Shown piece by piece: positions 8,248-17,181 of a stretch of DNA of 64,000 nucleotides; positions within the stretch are counted from its first letter, which is position 1, and each line of letters starts with the position of its first letter. The DNA is taken from positions 709,549 to 773,548 of the forward strand of contig CAWBLU010000001.1 in NCBI GenBank assembly GCA_963789725.1, given 5' to 3'. The translations under genes were made by a program, and so were the position numbers. Source of the stretch: an uncultured Chloroflexia bacterium (lineage in GTDB: Bacteria > Chloroflexota > Limnocylindria > Limnocylindrales > CSP1-4). The notes beneath the pieces were generated by a model. It ran no database searches. It was not told the DNA's origin and worked only from the letters and a program-made list of their open reading frames with translations.

Positions 8248-9351
8248 ATGCCCCGCTATAGTCCAGCGGTGAACCTGCCGTTCAATCCGCCGATCGAGCC
8301 GATGCTGGCCAAACTGACCGAGGCAATTCCCGCCGGCGCCGGCTGGTTGTACGAGCCCAAGTGGGACGGCTTCCGGGCCCTGGTCTTCCGCGACGGCGAC
8401 GAGACGTTCATCCAGAGTCGCGACCTGAAGCCGCTCGACCGCTACTTCCCGGAGCTGCCGCCGGCGCTTCTGGCGGCCCTTCCGTCTCGCTGCGTCCTGG
8501 ATGGCGAAGTGGTGATAGCCGGACCCAACGGCCTGGACTTCGACTCCTTGCTGCTGCGAATCCACCCCGCGGCGTCGCGGGTCAAGATGCTGGCGGCCCA
8601 GACGCCCGCCAGCTACGTGGCCTGGGATCTACTGGCCCTCGATGACCGCGATCTGCGCGCAGTGCCGCAAGGGGAGCGGCGCGCGCTCCTGGAGCAGGTC
8701 CTGGCCGACGCTCCACCACCCGTGCATCTGACCCCATCGACAGCCGATGCGTCGGTCGCGGCCGACTGGTTCCATCGGTTCGAGGGCGCCGGCCTGGACG
8801 GCGTCGTCGCCAAACGGACGTCGGACCCGTATATGCCGGCCAAGCGTGGCTGGGCCAAGATCAAGCACGCCCGCACCGCCGATTGCGTCGTGGCCGGATT
8901 TCGGTGGCACAAGAACGGACCGGGCACCCTGGTCGGCTCTCTCCTGCTGGGGTTGTACGACGATACCGGCCGATTGAACCACGTCGGCATCACCGCCAGC
9001 TTCACCACGGATAAACGCCGCCAGCTGGTCGAGGAACTTGCCCCTTTGCGTGCAGAGGCCCTCCAGGGCCATCCCTGGGCGGAATGGGCCGAATGGGAGG
9101 CCGCCGCGCGCGCGTCGGGCCAGCGCATGCCGGGAGCGACCAGCCGCTGGAACCGCGGTCGCGATCTGACGTGGGAGCCGTTGCGCGCCGAGCGAGTCTG
9201 CGAGGTCGCCTACGACCATTTGCAGGGCGACCGCTTCCGCCACGCCACTACGTTCGTGCGCTGGCGCCCGGACAAGCGCCCGTCGGATTGCCGCTACGAT
9301 CAGCTGGAGTCGACCGCCCCGTTCGAACTGGCAGCGATCTTCGGGCGGTAG
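8248..9351 (+). CDS. ATP-dependent DNA ligase (LigC-type, adenylation + OB domains)
   Basis: Motif I EPKWDGFR (KxDGxR), DGEVV, WDLLALDD, DGVVAKR and WAKIK. 367 aa. Confidence 0.85.
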   Translation: MPRYSPAVNLPFNPPIEPMLAKLTEAIPAGAGWLYEPKWDGFRALVFRDGDETFIQSRDLKPLDRYFPELPPALLAALPSRCVLDGEVVIAGPNGLDFDSLLLRIHPAASRVKMLAAQTPASYVAWDLLALDDRDLRAVPQGERRALLEQVLADAPPPVHLTPSTADASVAADWFHRFEGAGLDGVVAKRTSDPYMPAKRGWAKIKHARTADCVVAGFRWHKNGPGTLVGSLLLGLYDDTGRLNHVGITASFTTDKRRQLVEELAPLRAEALQGHPWAEWAEWEAAARASGQRMPGATSRWNRGRDLTWEPLRAERVCEVAYDHLQGDRFRHATTFVRWRPDKRPSDCRYDQLESTAPFELAAIFGR

Positions 9352-9361
9352 GGGCCGCCCG
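9343..9361. terminator. GC hairpin between convergent ligase and polymerase genes
   Basis: cgggcgg-tagggg-ccgcccg inverted repeat spanning the ligase stop; no clear U-tract. Confidence 0.3.
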
Positions 9362-9381
9362 GCGTGGCCTGGGGGAGGGAC

Positions 9382-10698
9382 TCAGCGGAACTGGCTCCAC
9401 GGGTCGTAGTCCACCTCGAGCGGCTCCTGCGGCGGCCGTTCCGCCTCGGGGACGTGCTCGAGGTTGACGCGGATCCGGTACCAGAGCTTGTAGCGGCCGC
9501 GCATGCCGTCGACCAGAACGTCTAGCGGGTCGAGGTAGCCGGCGACGGAGCCGTGGCGCTCCTTCCAGCTTTCGAAGCCGGCGAGCGCCTCCTCCTTGGT
9601 CGCCGCCCGCGCGATCTCGATGAGTGGCTTTGTCGAGATGCGCCGGCCGGTCGGGGAGCGGCCGGACTCGGCCCCACCGCCCGGCCCGGCCGCATCGGTC
9701 TTGCGTGCCCGCGACGGCATGACCCTGGGCGGCTCGCCCGGCGCCTTGGCGTAGTGCGGCGGCCACGGCGCGTCGCCCATGCCTTCCTTCTCCTGCCGAG
9801 CGGACAACTCCAGCAACTGGGCCAGCGAGCCAGCGGCCTCGTCGATTCCGGCGCCCGGATCGCCGACCCGCGCATACCGCGCCGGAACCGTTGCCAGCGT
9901 GAAATCACCCAGCTCGCATGAAGGCAACTCGTCCCAGGTCACCGGCGCCGAGACGCGCGCGTCCGGCACCGGCCGGACCGAGTAGGCCGAAGCCACGGTT
10001 CGGTCCTTGGCGTTCTGGTTGTAGTCGATGAAGACGCCGTGGCGCTCTTCCTTCCACCACTTGCTGGAAGCGATCGTCGGGGCGCGGCGCTCGATCTCGC
10101 GAGCCAGGGCGACGGCGGCGCGCCGGACCTGATCGAACGTCCAGCGCGGTTCGATACGAACGTTGATATGGATCCCGCGCGAGCCCGAGGTCTTGGGCCA
10201 GCCGACGAGCGAGTGGTCGGCCAGGACTTCGTGGGCCACCAGGGCCACGCGGCGGATGTCGTCCCAGGGCACGCCCGGCATCGGATCCAGGTCGACCCGC
10301 AGCTCGTCGGGGTGGTCGAGGTCGTCGGCGCGGATGGCGTGCGGGTTCAGGTCGATGCAACCGAGGTTCGCGACCCAGGCCAGTCCGGCGGCGTCGTCGA
10401 GGACGATCTCGTCGGCTGTTCGTCCGGACGGGAAGGACAGCTCCACGGTCCGCAGCCACTCCGGCCTGGACTCCGGGGCGCGTTTCTGGAAGAAGTACTC
10501 ACCGTCGGCGCCGTTCACGAAGCGCTTCATCGCCATCGGCCGGCGTCCGGCGCCGCGCAGGGCGCCATCGGCCACGGCCATGTAGTACGAGACGAGGTCG
10601 CGCTTGGTGTAGCCCGGTCCTGCGAAGAAGATCTTGTCCGGATTCGTGATCGAGACCTGCCGGCCCGCGACCTCTACGACTTCGCTTCGCGTTGGCAT
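9382..10698 (-). CDS. LigD-type NHEJ polymerase/primase domain protein with C-terminal extension
   Basis: GYTKRDLVSYY, WPKTSGSRGIHINV and FIDYNQN blocks typical of the LigD polymerase domain (archaeo-eukaryotic primase fold), about 300 aa. An extra ~130 aa C-terminal region of unknown function follows. Confidence 0.85.
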   Translation of the reverse strand: MPTRSEVVEVAGRQVSITNPDKIFFAGPGYTKRDLVSYYMAVADGALRGAGRRPMAMKRFVNGADGEYFFQKRAPESRPEWLRTVELSFPSGRTADEIVLDDAAGLAWVANLGCIDLNPHAIRADDLDHPDELRVDLDPMPGVPWDDIRRVALVAHEVLADHSLVGWPKTSGSRGIHINVRIEPRWTFDQVRRAAVALAREIERRAPTIASSKWWKEERHGVFIDYNQNAKDRTVASAYSVRPVPDARVSAPVTWDELPSCELGDFTLATVPARYARVGDPGAGIDEAAGSLAQLLELSARQEKEGMGDAPWPPHYAKAPGEPPRVMPSRARKTDAAGPGGGAESGRSPTGRRISTKPLIEIARAATKEEALAGFESWKERHGSVAGYLDPLDVLVDGMRGRYKLWYRIRVNLEHVPEAERPPQEPLEVDYDPWSQFR

Positions 10699-10969
10699 GC
10701 CGCGAACGATAGCGCCTGCCCGATGGCTGGCCTACCTCGGGATCGAGCCACCAGGCGCGGCGACCCGCCGGATGGGACGGCAGTACGAGCGTCACGACTC
10801 CGGCTGTACGCAGGACTCGTTCGATATCGAAAGTACCGAAAGTTGATTCGTGATCGACCAGCCGGCTGCCGAATTCTCTCTTGTCGAACGTAACGACCCC
10901 GCCTCACCGCGGCGTCGGCAACCGTGCCGTTCCGAGATTCGTCCCTCGGAGTATGGGGGTGTGCCCGCC

Positions 10970-11902
10970 ATGAGAATGATCGTTCTGGCTGCCGGTCAGG
11001 GCACCCGAATGCGTCCGGTCACCGACGACCAGCCAAAGGCCGTGATCCCGTTTCTGGGCCGGCCGGTGATCGACTGGACGCTGACGACGGCCGCCGACAA
11101 CGGCCTGACCGAAAACGTAATCGTCGGCGGCTACCGAGCCGACCGGTTGCCGACAGACCGGGCGCAGGTTCTGCGGAGCCCGGACTACATGGGCTCGAGC
11201 GTGGTCGAGTCGCTGATGTTCGCCGAAGAATGGTTCGGTGACGGGTTCGTCATGAGCTACGGCGACATCGTCTACCGGACCGAGGTCCTGCGGGCGCTCG
11301 TCGCCTCGGCCGCGGAGATCGGCGTGGCCGTAGACCTCGATTGGCTGCCCTACTGGCAGCGCCGGTTCGCCGATCCGTACGAGGACGCCGAGAGCCTGCG
11401 AATGACGCCCGATGGAACCATCCGGTCGATCGGGCAGACGGTCTCGCGCGTCGAGGACGTGCAGGCCAGGTTCATCGGCCTGTGCGTGTTTCGTGGCCGG
11501 GGTGTGAAGGCTCTGCGCCGGGCGTGGGTTCGGGCCAAGTCCGACGCGGCTTATCGCCGGCCGATTCTCGGCCACCGCCAGTCGATGGCGAAGCTTGACC
11601 TGACCGACGTCCTCGACGAGCTCGCGGTCTCCGGCGAAGTGCCCGTCAAGGCCATCGGAATCCACGGCGGCTGGGTCGACCTCGACAGACCGGAGGACGT
11701 GCCGATCGCGGAGGAACTGTGGACCGGCAGCGCCGGCAACAACGTGATCGCCAGCGCGCCTGTCGATTCCGCGGCCGTGTCCGCGCCGATGAGCCCGTCC
11801 GGAGTCACCGTCGGAACCGGCGCCGTTGCCGAGTTCGGAGCCAGGCGCGCGGTCGAACCACTCGTCGTGCCGACTATCTTCCGGTCGAGTCGCCGCTGGT
11901 GA
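10970..11902 (+). CDS. Sugar-phosphate/phospho-base nucleotidyltransferase (NTP_transferase, LicC/MobA-like fold)
   Basis: MRMIVLAAGQGTRMRP...KAVIPFLGRPVIDWTL. Start placed at ATG 10970, downstream of ggagtatggggg; the upstream 10850-10969 part of the ORF does not look coding. Confidence 0.7.
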   Translation: MRMIVLAAGQGTRMRPVTDDQPKAVIPFLGRPVIDWTLTTAADNGLTENVIVGGYRADRLPTDRAQVLRSPDYMGSSVVESLMFAEEWFGDGFVMSYGDIVYRTEVLRALVASAAEIGVAVDLDWLPYWQRRFADPYEDAESLRMTPDGTIRSIGQTVSRVEDVQARFIGLCVFRGRGVKALRRAWVRAKSDAAYRRPILGHRQSMAKLDLTDVLDELAVSGEVPVKAIGIHGGWVDLDRPEDVPIAEELWTGSAGNNVIASAPVDSAAVSAPMSPSGVTVGTGAVAEFGARRAVEPLVVPTIFRSSRRW

Positions 11903-11947
11903 TCGGCTGCGCGCTGCCGGCGATGCGTCGCCTGGGCCGGAACCGCC

Positions 11948-12517
11948 TCAGTCCAGCGGGACGCTCCGCTCCATCAGGTCGGCCAGCGTCTCAAGCTCGG
12001 TCCGGTTGAACGATCCGAGGAAGTGGTGCTTGACCGCTGCGAGGTGGGCCGGCCGGGCTTGCTGGAGTCTCGCCAGGCCGCGATCGGTCAAGGCGGCATA
12101 TGCGCCCCGAGCGTCGGACGCGCACTTCATGCGAACGACCAAACCATCGGCGACGAGCCTGTCGACCAGCCGTGTGATGCCGGCGCGGCTGAGGAGAACG
12201 CGATCCGCCAGTTCGTTCATGCGCAGGCGATGCCCGTCGGTCAGGGCAAGCTGGAAGAGGACATCGAACTCGGCCAGGGGCAGGTCGCTGCGAGCCATCA
12301 GGTCGGCCTCCAGCAGCCGGGCCACTAGCGCGTGCTTGTGGAGGAAGGCGCGCCAGGCGCGGTGCTCGAGAGGATCCAGTTCCGGGCCGGGATGGATCGC
12401 CGGAGCCGGTGCGGACGCCGCGGTTCCGGGAGCCACTCCGCCGGCCGCGGCCGAGGCCATTGCGGTGGCCGTGGCGGCAGGCACATTCGTGCCGGCGCGT
12501 GTCTCTTGATTGTCCAT
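11948..12517 (-). CDS. MarR family transcriptional regulator
   Basis: Winged HTH LAEFDVLFQLALTDGHRLRMNELADRVLLSRAGITRLVDRLVADGLVVR. It lies downstream of an MFS gene on the same strand. Confidence 0.8.
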   Translation of the reverse strand: MDNQETRAGTNVPAATATAMASAAAGGVAPGTAASAPAPAIHPGPELDPLEHRAWRAFLHKHALVARLLEADLMARSDLPLAEFDVLFQLALTDGHRLRMNELADRVLLSRAGITRLVDRLVADGLVVRMKCASDARGAYAALTDRGLARLQQARPAHLAAVKHHFLGSFNRTELETLADLMERSVPLD

Positions 12518-12610
12518 GGCAGAACCCCGAGCAGTCGTCGTTGCCGCGCATATTGATGCATCGGGCGTCGATGCGAACGTGCAGGCGCGCGATGCGCACC
12601 CGCGAACGAG

Positions 12611-14179
12611 TCAAGCTGCCGGGGCCAGGTCCGGGCCTGCCCGGTTCACCGTCTCGACGGCCACCTGAGCCCCGGCCGCGGCGCGTCGCCCGGGCAGGAA
12701 GGCCAGGGCCACCACCGCGCCGGCGATCGCCACGACTGCCCCGACAAGGACGGCCGCGCTCATCGCGTCCACGAAGGCCACTCGAGCCAGCCCGAGAATT
12801 GCCTCGCCCTGCGTTCCCGGCAGGTAGCTCGCGACGACTCCGGCGCCGGCCAGAGAGTCGTGGACGGCGCCGGCCGCGTCGGCGGGGAGGAGCGCCGTAG
12901 CCGGCTTGACGCCCGCCGCGTAAACAGGGGCCGAGATGCTGCCGAGGATCGCGACACCGAACGCGCCACCAAGCTCGCGAGCGGTGCTGTTGATCGAGGA
13001 TGCGACGCCCTGCTTGGAGCGCGGCAAAGCCCGGATCATGATCACGGTCAGCGGGCCCATCGCGAAGCCCATGCCGCCGCCGACGAGGAAGAGCGTCGCG
13101 GCCACGAACGGGTAGCCGTCCGCGGTTCCGGCCAGGCGCATGACGAGCAGGCCGGCGGCGACCCCGGCCATGCCGCCGGCGACCGTCAGCCGCGTCCCCA
13201 GGGCCTGAGCGGCGACCATGCTGAGCGGGCTGAAGACCCCGATCGCAATGGCCAGGGGCAGGATCGAGAGGCCGGTCTGCATCGTTCCGAAGCCCAGAAC
13301 GCCCTGGAGATACTGGCTGAGGAAGAACATCGAGCCGAAGAGGCCGAAGCTGGTGAGAAGAACGGCGAGAACCGCCGAGCCGAACGCCGGCTGGACGAGC
13401 ATGCGGACGTCGAGGAGCGGGTCGTCGGCGGTCAACTCGCGCACCACGAAGCCGCCCAGGAGCGCGGCCGCTGCCGCGAAGATAGCGACCTCCGAGGGTG
13501 CGGTCCAGCCGTGGGCAGGAGCCTCGATGACGCCGTAGATCAGGGCCACCAGGCCGCCGACTGACAGGGCGGCTCCGAGCAGGTCCAGCCGAGCGGCGTT
13601 CGGCGAGCGGCCCTCCGGGACCAGGGCAACGACCCCGACCACGGAGATCAGAACCACGGGCACGTTGATCAAAAAGATCGAACCCCAAGCGAAGTGTTCG
13701 AGCAGCCATCCGGCCAGGACCGGGCCGGCCACGATGCCGAGGCCGCTGACGCCGGTCCAGATGCCGATCGCCTTGGGCCGCTCTTCAGTCGAGAACACGT
13801 TAGCCGTCACCGACAAGGTCGAGGGTGTGATCAGCGCGCCGCCGATGCCCATGCCGGCGCGGAGGAGGATCAGGACCGTGGCCGAGGGAGCGAACGCGCT
13901 CGCGAGCGAGCCGGTCCCGAAGATGACCAGGCCGATCAGCATCACGCGCCTGCGCCCGAAGCGGTCGCCAAGCGCGCCGGCGGCGAGCAGCAGTCCGGCG
14001 AACAGGAGCACATAGGCGTCAACCATCCACTGCAGTTGGCTCGTGTCCGCATGGAGGTCACGGGCCAGGGTGGGCAGCGCGACGTTGAGGATCGTGTTGT
14101 CCAGACTGACGGTGAAGAGACTGACTATCAGGACGGCGAGGATCCACCAGCGGCGGCTGTGGAGGGTCGGGTCCGGCAT
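12611..14179 (-). CDS. MFS transporter, DHA2 (EmrB/QacA, 14-TM) drug efflux family
   Basis: MPDPTLHSRRWWILAVLIVSLFTVSLDNTILNVALPTLARDL...GDRFGRRRVMLIGL. 522 aa with 14 predicted helices. Confidence 0.9.
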   Translation of the reverse strand: MPDPTLHSRRWWILAVLIVSLFTVSLDNTILNVALPTLARDLHADTSQLQWMVDAYVLLFAGLLLAAGALGDRFGRRRVMLIGLVIFGTGSLASAFAPSATVLILLRAGMGIGGALITPSTLSVTANVFSTEERPKAIGIWTGVSGLGIVAGPVLAGWLLEHFAWGSIFLINVPVVLISVVGVVALVPEGRSPNAARLDLLGAALSVGGLVALIYGVIEAPAHGWTAPSEVAIFAAAAALLGGFVVRELTADDPLLDVRMLVQPAFGSAVLAVLLTSFGLFGSMFFLSQYLQGVLGFGTMQTGLSILPLAIAIGVFSPLSMVAAQALGTRLTVAGGMAGVAAGLLVMRLAGTADGYPFVAATLFLVGGGMGFAMGPLTVIMIRALPRSKQGVASSINSTARELGGAFGVAILGSISAPVYAAGVKPATALLPADAAGAVHDSLAGAGVVASYLPGTQGEAILGLARVAFVDAMSAAVLVGAVVAIAGAVVALAFLPGRRAAAGAQVAVETVNRAGPDLAPAA

Positions 14180-14220
14180 CTGTGCTGCGCTCCTGCTGCT
14201 TTCTCGTACTGTGGACGATG

Positions 14221-14300
14221 TTTGCTGGTACGGCGTACGTGTTAGTTAGTACGTTGTACGATTGACGTCGCACAAGTTACTAGTACAATGCACGAGTGTC
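14221..14300. promoter_or_regulatory. AT-rich divergent promoter/operator region between MFS and TetR genes, with dyad elements
   Basis: ggtacggcgtacgtgttagttagtacgttgtacgattgacgtcgcacaagttactagtacaatgcacg contains cgtacg, actagt and gacgtc palindromes, ttgtac..gtacaa arms, and near-repeats agttagtacgttgtac and agttactagtacaatg. Confidence 0.35.
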
Positions 14301-14334
14301 AAGCCCCATTCTTGAGGGGCCGCGAGGAAGATCG

Positions 14335-15159
14335 ATGAGTGAAGCCGACAACCCGCCCACGCCGCCGTGGTGGAACAGCCGGGAGACTCGCAAGGCGGCA
14401 CGCGGGGAAAGGCGTCGCCAGCGCCACGAGGCCCGTCATCCGGACGACCCGACCACCGCCGGGACGGCCGCGCGCGAGCCGGTGACTCCGGAGCGAATCG
14501 CTGACGCTGCTTTGAGGGTCATCGATGCGAACGGCATCGACGGATTGACTGTACGGTCCCTGGCCGTGGAGCTCGGTGTCGGGACGATGACGCTCTACTG
14601 GTACGTCAAGAACAAGGACGAGGTCCTCGATCTCGTGGCCGATCGGCTGCTGGCGGACGTCAGCTTCCCGCCGGCGGAGCACGATTGGCGTGTTTCCGTG
14701 GGCGTAGGCGCCGCCTCCGTGAGAGCAGCCCTCCTGCGCCATGCCCGGGCCGTGCCGATCATCGTCGGCCGCGGCTCATTCGGCCCGAACGGTTTGCGCA
14801 TGACCGAGGCTTCCATCGCCGTCTTTCGTGCGGCGGGCTTCGATTCGGACACCGCCGCCGACGCCTACTTCACCATCTCCAACTTCGTGACCGGCTTCTG
14901 TATCTTCGAGACCTCGTCGCTCGGTTATCGCAATCGCCCCGACATCGACATGCGGGCCTACGGCCAGATGATCCGGCAGTACATCGACTCGCTGCCGCCG
15001 GCCCTCTATCCAAACCTCCAGGCGTCCGCGCCGCGCATCTTCGGCCACAGCCTGGACGAGCGCTTCTCTTTCGGCGTGGAGTGCCTGATAGCAGGCTTCG
15101 AGGCCAAACTCGGTGCTGCCGGGGCAGACTCCAACGAGCAGGAGGGATCCAAGCCATGA
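14335..15159 (+). CDS. TetR family transcriptional regulator
   Basis: HTH LTVRSLAVELGVGTMTLYWYVKNKDEVL. ATG at 14335 is preceded by gaggaag; the GTG at 14296 is also possible. The stop overlaps the downstream ATG (ATGA). Confidence 0.8.
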   Translation: MSEADNPPTPPWWNSRETRKAARGERRRQRHEARHPDDPTTAGTAAREPVTPERIADAALRVIDANGIDGLTVRSLAVELGVGTMTLYWYVKNKDEVLDLVADRLLADVSFPPAEHDWRVSVGVGAASVRAALLRHARAVPIIVGRGSFGPNGLRMTEASIAVFRAAGFDSDTAADAYFTISNFVTGFCIFETSSLGYRNRPDIDMRAYGQMIRQYIDSLPPALYPNLQASAPRIFGHSLDERFSFGVECLIAGFEAKLGAAGADSNEQEGSKP

Positions 15160-15639
15160 ACGTTAAGGGTGTCGGTTCGCAGGGTGGCGTCCGGGCCCGC
15201 CCGTCCGGCTTCAACCGCTTCATGATCCGCTGGCTGGCCTCGCCGTTCGGCTTCGTCTCCGGCGGCGTATCGCTAGTCAGGTACGTCGGCCGCATCTCCG
15301 GCCTGCGTCGCCAACTCCCGGTCAGGTGTTCAAAGTACGAAGGCGACTACCTGATCCGTGTCGGCAAGTACGAGCAGCAGACCTGGTGGCGCAACTTCAC
15401 CGTTCCGTGGCCCATCGAGATCGCCAACGGCTTGCGCGTGGTCAAGGGGACCGCGGGTGGCCCTGCCCGGCAGTACCGCAAGGGGTCAGCGCATCGCCGC
15501 TGACTACTTCGCCGTCCATCATGGAGCGGCGAAGCGGGCCGGGCTGCCGAAGCTGCCGAAGGGCAAGAGCCATTCACCGGAAGAGCTGCAAGCCGCGGCC
15601 GCAACGATGCTCTTCGTTGTCGTCACGCCGGATCGCTGA
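15156..15639 (+). pseudogene. DUF385 / nitroreductase-family deazaflavin(F420)-dependent oxidoreductase-like, interrupted by a +1/-1 frameshift in a G4 run (~15482-15485)
   Basis: Frame 0 reads MNVKGVGSQ...VRYVGRISGLRRQLPVRCSKYEGDYLIRVGKYEQQTWWRNF...QYRKG then stops. The C-terminus continues in another frame (ORF 15358..15639) as QRIAADYFAVHHGAAKRAGLPK...MLFVVVTPDR. Removing one G restores a continuous ~160 aa protein, so this may be an assembly indel rather than a true pseudogene. Confidence 0.55.
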
Positions 15640-15692
15640 ACCGGCCCAATCCCCGACGAACAGCGTGGGTTCGATGCAGACGGCGTCGGGAG

Positions 15693-17141
15693 TCATCTCC
15701 CCATCGGGCTCTGCACCGCCTCGAGGGACAGCTTGCGAACGGCCCGATGCCGGGCGATCACTTCGTCGTCGCGCTCCATCGACTCGAGCAGAATGCCCGC
15801 GTCAGTGCGCCAGCCGGCCGCGACCGCCTGCGGCGAAACGCCCCGGAGCACGGCCGCGGCCTGGGCAGCCGCCCCGATCGCGACCAGTTCTGTGGCGGCA
15901 GGAATGCGGATCGCGCGACCCGTCAATCGTCGCGCGACCTGCTGCCAGGTGGCGCCCTTCGCGCCGCCGCCGATGAGGGTCAGCGGGGCGTTTGGGTCCA
16001 CTCCGGAGGATGAGACGTCGATTACCGCCAGGGCGTCCAGCAGGCCGATGACCGCGCCTTCGTACGTGGCCATCAGGATGGACCGAGGGTCCGTATCGTG
16101 GCGCAGGCCGACGATCGCGGCCGCGGCGCCGGGCAGATTGGGGGTTCGCTCGCCGTCGAAGTAGGGAAGGACGACAACGCCGCCACTCGGGGCGACGTCG
16201 TCTCGCGAGAGGCCCAGCCACGCCGCCATCCGATCGATGGCAAGAGTGCAGTTGAGGGTCGCCGCGAGGGGCAGGAAGCGACCGGTCGCGTCCGCGAATC
16301 CCGCCACGCTGCCCGTTGGGTCGGCGGTGCGAGACGTCGAGACCATGTATACGGTGCCCGACGTGCCCAGGCTGAGAGCCGGCGCCCCGGGTTCCAGGCC
16401 GAGGCCCAGGGCGGCGCCCATGTTGTCCCCGGTGCCGGGTCCGACGATCGTGTCCGAGGCCAGACCCGTGGCGGCGCCGGCGGCCGGCGCGACCGTGCCT
16501 GCGGGCTCGTCCGGCCACAGGACTCGCGGCAGCAGCTCGACGGGGAGCGCCAGCTCGGGCAGCTCCAGAACGCCGCCGACGTACGACTCCGACTCCGTCG
16601 ACCACCAGGCCGTGCCGGAAGCGTCGCCCCGATCGGTCACGCCGGCGCCCGCGAGCCGCTCGGTCATGTAGTCGTGTGGCAGCCGGATCGCCGCGGTCCT
16701 GGCCGCGGTCTGAGGCTCGCGGCGCCGCAGCCAGGCCCATTTCGTGGCCGTGAACGAGGCCACCGGCACGACCCCGATACGGGCCGCCCACGCGGTTGCC
16801 CCGCCGAAGGCCTCGATGAGCCTGACCGCGTCGCTGGCCGAGCGGGTGTCGTTCCACAGCATCGCCGGTCGAATCGCCGCGCCCGCGGCGTCCAGGCAAA
16901 CGAGGCCGTGCTGCTGACCGGCCACCGAAATGGCCTTGACCTCCGCAGCCAGCTTCGTCTGTTCCAGCGCGGCTCGGAAGGCCTCCCACCAGACCTCTGG
17001 ATGGGTCTCACGGGCGCCGCCGGTCCCCGAAACGGTGTGGCCGGCCTGGCCAAAACCGACGATCTCGCCGCCATCGGCGTCGATCACCACGACCTTGGTG
17101 GATTGCGTCGAGCAGTCCACCCCGGCGACAAGAGTCCTCAT
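15693..17141 (-). CDS. xylB: Xylulokinase (FGGY carbohydrate kinase)
   Basis: MRTLVAGVDCSTQSTKVVVID...GQQHGLV...GTGDNMGAALGLG...LIGGGAKG. ATG at 17141 with a GGAGG ribosome-binding site. It lies downstream of xylA. Confidence 0.9.
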   Translation of the reverse strand: MRTLVAGVDCSTQSTKVVVIDADGGEIVGFGQAGHTVSGTGGARETHPEVWWEAFRAALEQTKLAAEVKAISVAGQQHGLVCLDAAGAAIRPAMLWNDTRSASDAVRLIEAFGGATAWAARIGVVPVASFTATKWAWLRRREPQTAARTAAIRLPHDYMTERLAGAGVTDRGDASGTAWWSTESESYVGGVLELPELALPVELLPRVLWPDEPAGTVAPAAGAATGLASDTIVGPGTGDNMGAALGLGLEPGAPALSLGTSGTVYMVSTSRTADPTGSVAGFADATGRFLPLAATLNCTLAIDRMAAWLGLSRDDVAPSGGVVVLPYFDGERTPNLPGAAAAIVGLRHDTDPRSILMATYEGAVIGLLDALAVIDVSSSGVDPNAPLTLIGGGAKGATWQQVARRLTGRAIRIPAATELVAIGAAAQAAAVLRGVSPQAVAAGWRTDAGILLESMERDDEVIARHRAVRKLSLEAVQSPMGR

Positions 17142-17181
17142 TGGTCCTCCGCGGCAACCGATCGCCCGACTTGCTACTCGC

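Noticed and set aside
7010-8250. Searched for a hydrogenase small subunit or diaphorase upstream of the large subunit
   Set aside because: Only a lipoprotein gene is present and no Cys-cluster protein, so the large subunit is reported as orphan rather than inventing a partner.
10850-10969. N-terminal 40-codon extension of the nucleotidyltransferase ORF
   Set aside because: The extension is Pro/Arg-rich with no RBS. The ATG at 10970, followed by the canonical MRMIVLAAGQG N-terminus, is the likelier start.
15358-15639. 93-aa ORF as an independent gene
   Set aside because: It is the C-terminal half of the DUF385 protein displaced by a homopolymer frameshift.
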